Below, in pieces: positions 43,985 through 52,552 of a stretch of 64,000 nucleotides of DNA (position 1 is the stretch's first letter; each line of letters opens with the position of its first letter). Origin of the DNA: Thermoanaerobaculia bacterium (GTDB taxonomy: Bacteria; Acidobacteriota; Thermoanaerobaculia; UBA5066); the NCBI GenBank assembly GCA_963719225.1, contig CAVRAY010000002.1, forward strand, positions 128,001 to 192,000, read 5' to 3'. The notes under the pieces were generated by a model. The model saw only the letters and a list, made by a program, of their open reading frames with translations. It was not told the DNA's origin and made no database searches. The position numbers and the translations under genes were made by a program.

Positions 43985-45178
43985 TCACACGTTCGCGCTC
44001 CAGGCGATCGCGCGCTGCCGAAGCGCCTCGCGCGTCGCGACGTCCGGAAGCCCGAGGAGAACCGGCACGATCGGCAGGTCGCCCGGATCCCAGTCGAGGA
44101 GCGCGGCCACGGCCGGCGCGAGGCGCTCGGCGAGCGGCCAGCTCTTCGCCGACTTCCGCGCGAGGCGGGCCGTGGCGGCCGCGTCCGCCGCGACGTCCTC
44201 GTCCTCGCCGAAGAGCTCGGACACGGCCGCGCCGCTTCGGCGGCGCGCGAGCGCGATCGCGTACTCCGTCCAGTTCGGCAGCGGCACGCCGAGCCGCTCC
44301 TCCTCGAAGAGCCGCAGGATCTCCATGAAGCGGTCTCCCGCACGGGCCACCTGCCGTCGCGCGTCGGGCGCGTCCGCCCCTTCGGGCTCGGAGAGCGCGA
44401 GAGCGGCCGCGTGATGCCGCTCCACGAGATCGCGGAAGCGCGTCCAGCTCATCTGCACGTGGAGGCCCGTCCGGCGCGGGCCTTCGGGCCCGGTGGCCCC
44501 GAGAGCGCGCATCGCTTCGTCCCGCGGCAGCGCGCCCGGCGTCCAGTGTCCGGCCGAAAGGAGCACGACGGCGCCGAGGGCGAGGTCGGCCGCCCGGACG
44601 GACCGGAGAGCCTCGCGTGCGCCGGCGCCCGAGACGGAGCGATCGACGAGGCGCTCGGCTTCGAGGAGGCGCGCGCCCGTCTTGGCGAGAACGCGCACGC
44701 CTTCGGCGCGGTCGGGACCTCCGCGAAACACCTCGTCGTAGGGTGGAAGGAGACCGGGCGGGCCGTCCACGACCCGTCGGGCCGCGACGAGCTCCATGTT
44801 CCAGAACGTCGGCGGCAGAAAGCGCAGGCCCCGCCGCGCGACCGCCGACACGGACGCCTCCACGCGGCGGCTCTTCGCCGTCTCGGCGGCCGCCCGCGCG
44901 AGGTGCCGGGAGAGCGCCGGCACCTCCCTCACGGGCGCATCGAGCACGGCGAGAAGCTCGAAGGGATCGGCGGGACGCCCCGTCCCGTCGCGGGCGACAA
45001 CCGTCGCGCCTTCGCCGAGCCCGAGCGCGCCGCCGAGCGCCGCGCCCGCCCAGGCATCGCCGGCGGCGTCGGCCAGGGCCGAGACGAGAGCGCGCACCAC
45101 GTCGGCCGCCCGCGCTTCGGCGCCGGCGTCCCGCGCCCGCGTCAGGGGCCGGAGAGCTTCGCCCGTGTCGGTCGCCAC
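43985..45178 (-). CDS. Hypothetical protein with a degenerate Pol-beta-type nucleotidyltransferase-like N-terminus
   Basis: LGGALGLGEG...PADPFELLAV resembles the GG-x-GRGEG...NDxD motif with the acidic residues altered; codon usage looks coding; start uncertain. Confidence 0.55.
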   Translation of the reverse strand: MATDTGEALRPLTRARDAGAEARAADVVRALVSALADAAGDAWAGAALGGALGLGEGATVVARDGTGRPADPFELLAVLDAPVREVPALSRHLARAAAETAKSRRVEASVSAVARRGLRFLPPTFWNMELVAARRVVDGPPGLLPPYDEVFRGGPDRAEGVRVLAKTGARLLEAERLVDRSVSGAGAREALRSVRAADLALGAVVLLSAGHWTPGALPRDEAMRALGATGPEGPRRTGLHVQMSWTRFRDLVERHHAAALALSEPEGADAPDARRQVARAGDRFMEILRLFEEERLGVPLPNWTEYAIALARRRSGAAVSELFGEDEDVAADAAATARLARKSAKSWPLAERLAPAVAALLDWDPGDLPIVPVLLGLPDVATREALRQRAIAWSANV

Positions 45179-45200
45179 GACGTTCGGAGAGAATAGCCGA

Positions 45201-46001
45201 ATGCCACCCCGCTCCGTCCTGCGCGCCACCCTCGAATACGACGGCGGGCGCTACCGCGGCTGGCAGGCCCAGGTGAACGCCCGGACGGTTCAGGGCGAGC
45301 TCGTGCGCGCCTGCCGCGAAGCGCTCGGCCAGGACGTGAAGGTCAACGGCGCCGGTCGCACGGACGCCGGCGTCCACGCGTTCGCGCAGGTCGCCTCGCT
45401 GCACGGAGCGAGCGTCAAGAGCGCCGATCTCGGGGTGCTTCGCCAGGACCTCAACGACCTTCTCCCGCCCGACATCCACGTGCTGCGCCTCGACGCCGCG
45501 CCGTCCTCGTTCCACGCGCGCCATTCCGCCGGCGAGCGCATCTACCGGTACCGGATCTCGCGGCGTCGGACCGCGTTCGGCAAGCGATACGTCTACTGGG
45601 TGAAGGACCGCCTCGACGCCTCTCTCATGCAGGCGGCCGCGGACCTCTTCGTGGGCCGGCACGATTTCGGAAGCTTTTGCGAAAACGCCGAGGGCCACGA
45701 CTCGACGCTCGTGGAAGTCGCGTTCGCGCGCGTGGAGACGCCCCGCGAGGCGCCGGACCTCATCCTCTTCCGGATCGGCGCGTCCCACTTCCTCTGGAAG
45801 ATGGTGCGCCGTCTCGCGGGGACGCTGCTCGAGGCCGGGCGCGGACACCTCGGCGTCGCGGACGTCCGCGCGCTCCTCGCGGAGCGCTCGGGCAAGCCGG
45901 CCGGGTGGACGGCCCCGCCTTCGGGCCTCTTCCTGGAATCCGTCACGTACGCGGGCGACCCGCCTCCGCCTCCGATCGACCCCTTCCGGCCCGGGTTTTG
46001 A
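45201..46001 (+). CDS. truA: tRNA pseudouridine(38-40) synthase
   Basis: EYDGGRYRGWQAQ, AGRTDAGVHA, FHARHSA, GRHDFGSF, FLWKMVR, TAPPSGLFL. Confidence 0.95.
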   Translation: MPPRSVLRATLEYDGGRYRGWQAQVNARTVQGELVRACREALGQDVKVNGAGRTDAGVHAFAQVASLHGASVKSADLGVLRQDLNDLLPPDIHVLRLDAAPSSFHARHSAGERIYRYRISRRRTAFGKRYVYWVKDRLDASLMQAAADLFVGRHDFGSFCENAEGHDSTLVEVAFARVETPREAPDLILFRIGASHFLWKMVRRLAGTLLEAGRGHLGVADVRALLAERSGKPAGWTAPPSGLFLESVTYAGDPPPPPIDPFRPGF

Positions 46002-46086
46002 GGGAATAATCGAGAGAAGAGAAAGAGTTAGAGGGGAAGAGAAAGAAGAGGATCTTCTTAGAAAAGGGAAGAGAGGAAGAAACCAC
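46001..46086 (+). repeat. Polypurine intergenic tract containing TTCTTAGAA
   Basis: gagagaagagaaagagttagaggggaagagaaagaagaggatcTTCTTAGAAaagggaagagaggaagaaa. Confidence 0.7.
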
Positions 46087-47454
46087 TTGCGATTCCGAAA
46101 TCTCATCGCGGCCGTCGCCGTCTCACTTGCCGCTCCGCCGGCCGCCCGGGCCGTGGCCCAGCCCTCTTCCCCTTCTCAGCAGCCCCCGGCGCCCGCGAAG
46201 GCGGGCGCTCCTTCCGGCGTCCACATTCCGTTCCTCGAGGGAAAGCCCTTCGCCGAAGTCCGGAGACGCGCGAAGGCGGAAGCCAAGCCGGTCATGCTCG
46301 ACGTCGTCGCGGCGTGGTGCGGCCCGTGCAAGGTCATGGATCAGACGACCTTCTCCGACCCGGCCGTCGTGGCCTGGTCGAAGAAGAACGTCGTTCCCGC
46401 GCGCGTCGACGCGGAGAAGGGCGAAGGGCGCCGCATCGCGGCGCGCTATCAGTCCTTTTCGTACCCCACCGTGCTTTTCCTGGACGCGGACGGAAACGAG
46501 ATCGATCGCCTCGTCGGCGCCTTCGGGCCGGCCGATTTCCAGCGCGCGTCGGAGGCCATCCTCGCCGGCAAGACTCCGGTCCTCCAGGGGCTCGCGAAGC
46601 TCAAGGCGTCCTGGAACCCCGACGAGGCGCTCTCGATCGCGAGCGCGCTCACGGCGCGGCGCGATCTCCCGCGACTCAGGCCCCTCGTCCTTCGGATCGT
46701 GAGCGACGAAGGCGACCTGAGCCGGCCGGAAATCCTCCAGCTCTTCCTGCAGCTCGTGGCCGTCGAGACCCTGCAGGGCGACCAATACGCCGAGACGGCC
46801 GATCTCATCGCGACCTTTCTTCCAAAGCTCGGCTCGGATCCGCGGCGCGCCTTCCTCGCGGCCGCGCTCGTGGCCGGCCTCGGGAGGCGGGGCGACGTGA
46901 CGTCGGCGCGCGCAGTGGCCCAGGAGACGCTCAACGCGCTCGGCGAGTCCTCGCCATTCGTGGTCGACGTCGTCGCGGCGCTCGGCGTTGCCGAGCGGCA
47001 GGCCGGCAACGGGCCGCAGGCGCTCGCCGCGTTTCAGCGCGCCGCATCGCTCGCCGAGAAGAACGGCGCCGCCGGAGGGACGCGCGTCGAGAGGCAGCTC
47101 GACCTCGCCGAAGCGCTCGCGTCGAGCGGAAAGCTGGACGAGGCGAAGAAGGCCTACCTCGGCGCGATCGCGGTCGGGCAGCTCGACACGCAGCTCTCCA
47201 CCCGGGCAGCGCGCGCCGCGCTCGCGGCGAAGGACTTCCCCGAAGCCCTCAAGCAGGCGCGCCGCGCCGTCGAGCTCTCGAACGGCGAGGACGCGGCCGC
47301 GCAGGCCGCGCTCGCGGCGGCGCTGAGCGCGACCGGCGACCGTGCGGGCGCTGCGGCGGCCCTGAAAAAGGCCTCGGAGATCGACCCTCGCAACGTCGAG
47401 TACCGCGCGACGACGCCCGGGCCCGCAAAGAAGAAGTCCGCAAAGGCTTCCTGA
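46087..47454 (+). CDS. Exported thioredoxin-family protein with TPR repeats
   Basis: Signal peptide, WCGPC, YPTVLFLDADG, then Ala-rich TPR-like helices. Confidence 0.85.
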   Translation: MRFRNLIAAVAVSLAAPPAARAVAQPSSPSQQPPAPAKAGAPSGVHIPFLEGKPFAEVRRRAKAEAKPVMLDVVAAWCGPCKVMDQTTFSDPAVVAWSKKNVVPARVDAEKGEGRRIAARYQSFSYPTVLFLDADGNEIDRLVGAFGPADFQRASEAILAGKTPVLQGLAKLKASWNPDEALSIASALTARRDLPRLRPLVLRIVSDEGDLSRPEILQLFLQLVAVETLQGDQYAETADLIATFLPKLGSDPRRAFLAAALVAGLGRRGDVTSARAVAQETLNALGESSPFVVDVVAALGVAERQAGNGPQALAAFQRAASLAEKNGAAGGTRVERQLDLAEALASSGKLDEAKKAYLGAIAVGQLDTQLSTRAARAALAAKDFPEALKQARRAVELSNGEDAAAQAALAAALSATGDRAGAAAALKKASEIDPRNVEYRATTPGPAKKKSAKAS

Positions 47455-47471
47455 AAGGCGCCCGCGCGCGC

Positions 47472-48368
47472 ATGCGATCGCCCGTGGGCATCCTGCTTTC
47501 CCCCGTGGGCCTCGTCCCCGCGACCGCGTCCGTGGAGGCCTTCCACGCGGCGGTCCGGGAGGCCGCCGGGCCCGAGGGGTCGGTCGAGATCTTCACGCAC
47601 GAGGGCGATCCGCGCGAGCCGGCACGCCTCTCGGCTCTCTTCGCGACGCGGGGCGGGCCCGGGGCGAGGGGCACTCTCCTCTTCCTTCACGGCAAGGGAG
47701 GGTGCGGCGCCGAATGGACGACCGATTCCATTCGGGCGCTGGGCCTCGGCTTCAACGTCCTCGTGCCCGAGCTTCGGGGGCATCCGCCCTCGACCGGCAC
47801 GCGCATCACGTACGGCCTCCTGGAGACGGGCGACCTGATTCGCCTCCTGGACTGCGCCGGGACGCGCTTCGGCATCGCGAGGAGTCGCGTGGGAATCGAC
47901 GGCTGCTCGATGGGCGCCGTTCTCGCGGTCCACCTCGCGGCCGCTTCCCCGCCCGCGGCCCTGTGGCTGCAGGCGCCGTTCGACGACATGGTCGCGATGG
48001 CAGCGCACTACCTTCATCGCGCCACCGCTCTTCCCGCCTTCCTCTTCGCGGTCCCCGTGCGCGTTCTCATCTGGAGGATCGCGCGCACCGAGGGGATCGA
48101 CCTCTCGAAGGTGGATCCGTTGCGCGCCGCGCGGCGCGTGACGTGCCCGACCGTCGTCGTTCACGGCGAGAACGACGGCCTCGTCCCGATCCGGTTTTCG
48201 CCGCGCCTGTACGAGGCGCTCGCGGGCGAGAAGTCCTACTGGCGGGTCCCCCGCTGCGGCCACTGCCACCACGCGGACGAGCCCCAGGCCGTGGCGCGCG
48301 CCGAGTACGAGAGGCGCTGGACGGAGTTCTTCCTCCCGCGGCTCGGCCCGACGTTACTCGAGCGGTGA
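47472..48368 (+). CDS. Alpha/beta hydrolase
   Basis: FLHGKGG, ELRGH, GCSMG, HGENDGLVP, CGH. Confidence 0.82.
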   Translation: MRSPVGILLSPVGLVPATASVEAFHAAVREAAGPEGSVEIFTHEGDPREPARLSALFATRGGPGARGTLLFLHGKGGCGAEWTTDSIRALGLGFNVLVPELRGHPPSTGTRITYGLLETGDLIRLLDCAGTRFGIARSRVGIDGCSMGAVLAVHLAAASPPAALWLQAPFDDMVAMAAHYLHRATALPAFLFAVPVRVLIWRIARTEGIDLSKVDPLRAARRVTCPTVVVHGENDGLVPIRFSPRLYEALAGEKSYWRVPRCGHCHHADEPQAVARAEYERRWTEFFLPRLGPTLLER

Positions 48369-48893
48369 AGGGGGTTCGGGGTGAGACCGCGAAGCGGTCT
48401 GCGGGCCTAGCTGCGAGAACCCGGCCGCGAACGCCCCGACCGCGGCGAGAAGCCGGACGACGAGCGTGAGAGACGAGAGTCCGTGGAGGCGTCCCCATTC
48501 CTGCCTCAGAGGATCCGACTTCGCGACGAGATCGATGGCGCCCATCCGGTCTCTGAGCGACATCATTTCCGGAGTGATGACGTAGAGCGACGCGATCGCG
48601 GCGACCGCCGCGATCGCGAGGAGGCGGAGCCCGAGCCCGCGCGCGCGGGGCGACCACGGCCGCTCGCGGTTCCAGAAGACGATGCCGGCGAGCAGGAGGA
48701 CGACGGCGCCGAGCGACACGGTGTCCAGCCGGTCGAGAAGCGCGCGATTCACGGCGCCTGCGGCGTGCCGGCTCGGAGCGGTCAGAAGCACGGTGCGCGC
48801 CCCGAAGGCGCCGAAGAAGGCGAGCATGCCGCACCAGAGCGCGGCGACGAAGAGCCACGTCCCCGCGAGGACCGTCCGGCCGCGAGCCCTCAT
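48354..48893 (-). CDS. DUF4149-like membrane protein
   Basis: Four TM helices, AGAVNRALL, VITPEMMSLR, WGRLHGLSS. Confidence 0.75.
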   Translation of the reverse strand: MRARGRTVLAGTWLFVAALWCGMLAFFGAFGARTVLLTAPSRHAAGAVNRALLDRLDTVSLGAVVLLLAGIVFWNRERPWSPRARGLGLRLLAIAAVAAIASLYVITPEMMSLRDRMGAIDLVAKSDPLRQEWGRLHGLSSLTLVVRLLAAVGAFAAGFSQLGPQTASRSHPEPPSPLE

Positions 48894-48903
48894 CCCGCGG
48901 CTC

Positions 48904-49755
48904 TCAGCTCTCTTCCACCCACTCGGGCGTCACGCGGCGGGGAAGAGCTCCCACGGCGTGTCCGCGCTCGAGAAGAAGCCGCACGGCTTCGCGTCCTTTG
49001 TCTCCATAGGAGCGCGTCCACTCGTTCACGTACATGGCGACGAAGCGGTCGGCCTTCTCGCGCGGAAGGCCGCGCGCGAACCGCATCGCGTCGGTGAGGG
49101 CGTCCTCGCGATGGTCGAGAGCGTAGGTGATGGACCGGCCGAGGGCGCGCGACACGCGGGCGATCAGCTCCGGCCCGAGGTCCCTGCGCACGGCGTTGCC
49201 TCCGAGCGGCAGCGGGAGAGAGGTCTCGGCTTTCCAGACGACGCCGAGGTCCGCCACGAGGTGGAAGCCTTCGTCCTTCCACGTGAGCTGGCCCTCGTGA
49301 ATGACGACGCCGGCGTCCACGTCCCCGCGCGTCACGGCCTCGCCGACCCGGTCGAAGGGCGTGACGACGGGAATCGAGAGAGGAGCGTAAATCGTGAGCG
49401 CGAGAGCCGCGGACGTGAGACGACCGGGGATCGCGACACGCCTTCCGGCGAGATCGGAGAGCGTGCGCGGCGCGTCGGCGGCCTCGCGGGCGACCACGCA
49501 CGGGCCGTACCCGTCGCCGAAAGACGCGCCGTGCGGCAGGAGAAGGTAGCGGTCCGCGAGAAAGGCGTACGCGTGAAAGGACACGGCCGTGATCGCGAGC
49601 TCGCCCGAGAGTGCGCGCGTGTTGAGCGTCTCGATGTCGGCGAGCTCGTGCCGATACGAGACGCCTTCGGTGTCGACTGCGTTCTCGCGAAGCCCGTAGA
49701 ACATGAAGGCGTCATCCGAGTCGGGCGAGTGGGCGAGGACGAGCGTCTCGTTCAT
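48904..49755 (-). CDS. mqnD: 1,4-dihydroxy-6-naphthoate synthase (futalosine menaquinone pathway)
   Basis: AHSPDSDDAFMFY, DIETLN, SFGDGYGP, IHEGQLT, LPLPLG, MYVNEWT. Confidence 0.9.
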   Translation of the reverse strand: MNETLVLAHSPDSDDAFMFYGLRENAVDTEGVSYRHELADIETLNTRALSGELAITAVSFHAYAFLADRYLLLPHGASFGDGYGPCVVAREAADAPRTLSDLAGRRVAIPGRLTSAALALTIYAPLSIPVVTPFDRVGEAVTRGDVDAGVVIHEGQLTWKDEGFHLVADLGVVWKAETSLPLPLGGNAVRRDLGPELIARVSRALGRSITYALDHREDALTDAMRFARGLPREKADRFVAMYVNEWTRSYGDKGREAVRLLLERGHAVGALPRRVTPEWVEES

Positions 49756-49858
49756 GCGATGTCTCCGAATCTCCACGTCACGCGATCGTAGCCCGGATGC
49801 GCGACGCCGGTCGTGCGGCGTCGCGAAGGAAGGCGGGTGAAAAAAACTTCGCACGTCA

Positions 49859-49898
49859 AGAAAAAAATTCTTGATTCGTGCTCGAAACTCTCTACAAT
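49859..49898 (+). promoter_or_regulatory. Sigma70 promoter with UP-like A-tracts driving the K-rich mini-ORF transcript
   Basis: A-tracts at ~49840 and 49861-49867; TTGATT (49871), 16-nt spacer, TACAAT (49893). Confidence 0.65.
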
Positions 49899-49909
49899 TC
49901 GTTCAAGAA

Positions 49910-50056
49910 GAAAAAAGGACGGCGAGGCGATCACGAGTCGCTTCACCGTCCTTACGGAAACCCCGAGCTCTTTTGAAATCGATCGGCGACGAAAATTTTC
50001 TGGTTTTTTCGGCAGTCGACAGATTCGGAAAACGCGAGGTCCCCGTCCTTCGAGGG
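49910..50056 (-). ncRNA. Predicted ~145-nt structured cis-antisense small RNA (unassigned family)
   Basis: It has its own promoter (50063-50092) and an intrinsic terminator. An internal long hairpin ACGGGGACCUCG/CGGGGUUUCCGU relies on G-U pairs that only form on this strand; the apical stem is CGAAAA/UUUUCG. Confidence 0.6.
49911..49953 (-). terminator. Intrinsic terminator on the minus strand
   Basis: AAGGACGGTGAAGCGA-loop-TCGCCTCGCCGTCCTT followed by a T-run (plus-strand aaaaaa at 49911-49916). Confidence 0.7.
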
Positions 50057-50062
50057 GCGGCC

Positions 50063-50092
50063 AACCTAGCACGCGGCTTTCGGGACTGTCAA
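50063..50092 (-). promoter_or_regulatory. Sigma70 promoter on the minus strand
   Basis: Perfect TTGACA (50092-50087), 18-nt spacer, extended -10 TGc-TAGGTT (50068-50063). Confidence 0.65.
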
Positions 50093-50123
50093 TCAAATCT
50101 GCCAGGAGGAGGTGACAGACCAC

Positions 50124-50186
50124 ATGCCGGCTAAGAAGAAGGCTGCCAAGAAGAGCACCAAGAAGGGGAAAAAGGGTAAGAAGTAA
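50124..50186 (+). CDS. 20-aa lysine-rich peptide MPAKKKAAKKSTKKGKKGKK
   Basis: Below the ORF-track cutoff. Very strong SD AGGAGGAGGTGA 8 nt upstream, ATG...TAA, and a terminator just downstream. Confidence 0.8.
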   Translation: MPAKKKAAKKSTKKGKKGKK

Positions 50187-50230
50187 GTACCCACCTTCAA
50201 ACTGTTCCATTCAAGGTATTTCCGGGATTC

Positions 50231-50258
50231 GGGGGCTGGACCAGCCCCCTTATTTTTT
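50231..50258 (+). terminator. Rho-independent terminator after the mini-ORF
   Basis: GGGGGCTG-GAC-CAGCCCCC followed by TTATTTTTT. Confidence 0.88.
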
Positions 50259-50329
50259 GCCCGCGCGTTCCCGATCACGCCGCCAGGGCACAGGTTTTCC
50301 ACAGGCGATTCCAACCCTTATGCACCCCG

Positions 50330-50349
50330 GTATATAAACTTTTATATAC
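50330..50349. promoter_or_regulatory. Perfect AT-rich inverted repeat, probable PadR operator
   Basis: GTATATAAA-CT-TTTATATAC ending 7 nt before the PadR ATG. Confidence 0.65.
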
Positions 50350-50356
50350 TTGTTTC

Positions 50357-50866
50357 ATGTCCCTTCCGCACGTCCTTCTCGGGCTCCTCGGACGTGGCCC
50401 GGCGAGCGGATGGGACCTCGGAACGCGGCTCGCCGCCGAGCCTTCTTTCGGCTGGAGCGCAGACCTCGCGCAGGTCTATCCCGCGCTCCGCCGTCTCCTG
50501 CGCGGCGGCTTCGTGGCGCTTCGGAGGCGGCGCTCCTCCAAGGGACCGCCGAGGCGCGAGTACCGTCTCACTGCCGCCGGCCGCCGGGAGTTCCGCGAGT
50601 GGCTCGCCGAGCCGCTCGAACTTCCCAAGGCCCACGCCGCGTCGCTCGTGAGGCTCGCGTTCCTCGAGAAGCGCGCCCCCGAGGCACGGCTCGCCTCCCT
50701 CCAGCTCTACCGCGGACTTCTCGCCGACGAGCTCGAACGCGCCGCGCCCGGCACCACGGCCGCGCGAAGGAGAAGGCTGGTGCTCCTCGAGGCGGAGCTC
50801 GCCTGGGCGGACGGCGAAGCCGCCGCGATCCTGGCCGGGCGTACGCTCTCGAAGGGAATCCGATGA
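50357..50866 (+). CDS. PadR-family transcriptional regulator
   Basis: MSLPHVLLGLL, SGWDL, QVYPALRRL, YRLTAAGRREFREWL. Confidence 0.9.
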   Translation: MSLPHVLLGLLGRGPASGWDLGTRLAAEPSFGWSADLAQVYPALRRLLRGGFVALRRRRSSKGPPRREYRLTAAGRREFREWLAEPLELPKAHAASLVRLAFLEKRAPEARLASLQLYRGLLADELERAAPGTTAARRRRLVLLEAELAWADGEAAAILAGRTLSKGIR

Positions 50867-52548
50867 CCGCACGCGAGGCGCTCCTCACGCTCGAGAGACT
50901 CCGGACCGCCGCGGGCGAAGACGCGGCTCTTCGGAAGAGAGCCTGCCTCGCGGTCCTCGCGCGGCGGTCCCTTCGCGGCGCGCGCCCCGTGGCGCGCCTC
51001 CATGAAGCGCTCTGCTACCTCCGCGCCTATCCCGACGACGCCGGGGTCCTCACAGACGTCGTCGGGATGCTCGCGCGCTTTTCACAGCGCCACGACCTTC
51101 GCCGCGCCCGCCGCGTGCTCGAAAGCTCCGGGATCGCGGGCACGGCCATCCGCTTTTCCTTCTACGCCGGCACGGCCCGCTGGCTCGCCGCGCGGTGGGG
51201 GAACCGCCTCACGGTCGACTGGAAGAAGTTCGCGAACGCGGACGCGCTCGAGGGCGTGTTCCCGCTCATCTCGCTCTTCGCCGAGACTCCGGGACTCGAC
51301 GAGCTGGACCTCGGCGTCCGCGGCTGGGTGAAGCGCCTGAAGGGGCCTCTCGAGACGGACGCGGTGTTCCTCGTCCGCCGGCTCGCGACGCTCGGACGCG
51401 ACGCCTTCGAGAACGAGTGGGCCTACGAAGGGCTCGAGCTGCCGCTGGTCCTCGCGCCCGGGAGGGACGGCCCTTCGCGCACCCAGGCCGCGATCCCCGT
51501 CCCCGCCGTCAGCTTCCAGACCGCGCCGCTCGACAGCGGCCGGCCGGACGTCGCGCGCGAAGTCGCGGTCCCGCCCCTGCGCGTCGTGCCCGCGCGCGGC
51601 GACGAAGCCGGACGCCTCCTGGACCTCGCGCGCGAATCCATGGTCACGAGAGAGCGCGATCTCGACGTCTTCCAGTGGGGCGACCGCCGCGACGTCCGCC
51701 TCGCGCACTTTCCGGACGGCCTCACGTTCGTCGTGATCGGCGCGGTGCCCGAGCGGCGTCTCCTCCTCGAGTCCGTCTACGGCTTCCTGACGCTGAAGAA
51801 CGGCGTCCCCGTCGGCTACGTCCTCGTGAGCGCGCTCTTCGGGTCCTCGGAAATCGCGTACAACGTCTTCGAGACGTTCCGGGGCGGCGAGTCGGGCCGC
51901 ATCTACGGAAAGGTCCTCGCGTTGACCCGGCACCTCTTCGGCCCGGACGTGTTCACGATCTTCCCGTACCAGCTCGGCGGCTACGGCAACCCGGAGGCGC
52001 TCTCTTCCGGCGCGTGGTGGTTCTACCAGAAGCTCGGCTTTCGGCCGAGGGCCCCTCACGTCGTGGCTCTCATGAACGAGGAGCTCGTCCGGATGAAGGC
52101 GGACCCGAAGCACCGGTCGTCCCTCGCCACACTGAAGGTCCTCGCCTCCGAGAACCTCTATTTCCACCTCGGGAAAGAGCGCGACGACGCGATCGGTCTC
52201 CTCGAGCTGCCGAACGTGGGACTCACCGTCACGGACATGCTGGCGCGGCGCTTCGGCTCGGACCGCGAGCGCGCCGAGGCCGTCCTGACGCTCGAGGCGC
52301 GCGATCTCCTCGGCCTCCGGTCCCTGTCGGGCTGGAGCTCGGGCGAGCGGCTCGCCTTCCGGCGCTGGGCTCCCCTCGTCACGATCCTGCCGGGGCTGGC
52401 GCGCTGGTCCGCGGCCGAAAAGCGTGGCCTCGCCGCCGTCGTGAGAGCCAAGGGAGGCCGGCGCGAGTCGGACTTCGTGCGCCTCTTCGACCGCCACCGG
52501 AAGCTGCGCCGGGCGATCACGTCGCTCGCGCAGGGCGAGCCGACCTGA
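50863..52548 (+). CDS. Conserved-looking hypothetical protein with a GNAT-like C-terminal motif
   Basis: ATGA overlap with PadR; 561 aa; NVFETFRGGES...SGAWWFYQKLGFRP. Confidence 0.75.
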   Translation: MTAREALLTLERLRTAAGEDAALRKRACLAVLARRSLRGARPVARLHEALCYLRAYPDDAGVLTDVVGMLARFSQRHDLRRARRVLESSGIAGTAIRFSFYAGTARWLAARWGNRLTVDWKKFANADALEGVFPLISLFAETPGLDELDLGVRGWVKRLKGPLETDAVFLVRRLATLGRDAFENEWAYEGLELPLVLAPGRDGPSRTQAAIPVPAVSFQTAPLDSGRPDVAREVAVPPLRVVPARGDEAGRLLDLARESMVTRERDLDVFQWGDRRDVRLAHFPDGLTFVVIGAVPERRLLLESVYGFLTLKNGVPVGYVLVSALFGSSEIAYNVFETFRGGESGRIYGKVLALTRHLFGPDVFTIFPYQLGGYGNPEALSSGAWWFYQKLGFRPRAPHVVALMNEELVRMKADPKHRSSLATLKVLASENLYFHLGKERDDAIGLLELPNVGLTVTDMLARRFGSDRERAEAVLTLEARDLLGLRSLSGWSSGERLAFRRWAPLVTILPGLARWSAAEKRGLAAVVRAKGGRRESDFVRLFDRHRKLRRAITSLAQGEPT

Positions 52549-52552
52549 CCGC

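Noticed and set aside
49910-50090. Assignment of the structured RNA to SRP RNA, 6S RNA, tRNA or a known riboswitch
   Set aside because: No SRP GNRA domain-IV motif, no cloverleaf, shorter than a typical 6S RNA, and no aptamer consensus that I recognise. Left unassigned pending an Rfam search.
50295-50326. DnaA-box-like TTTTCCACA and TTATGCACC next to an AT-rich stretch (possible oriC)
   Set aside because: Only one consensus box, no dnaA, dnaN or gidA context, and the AT-rich part is better explained as the PadR operator.
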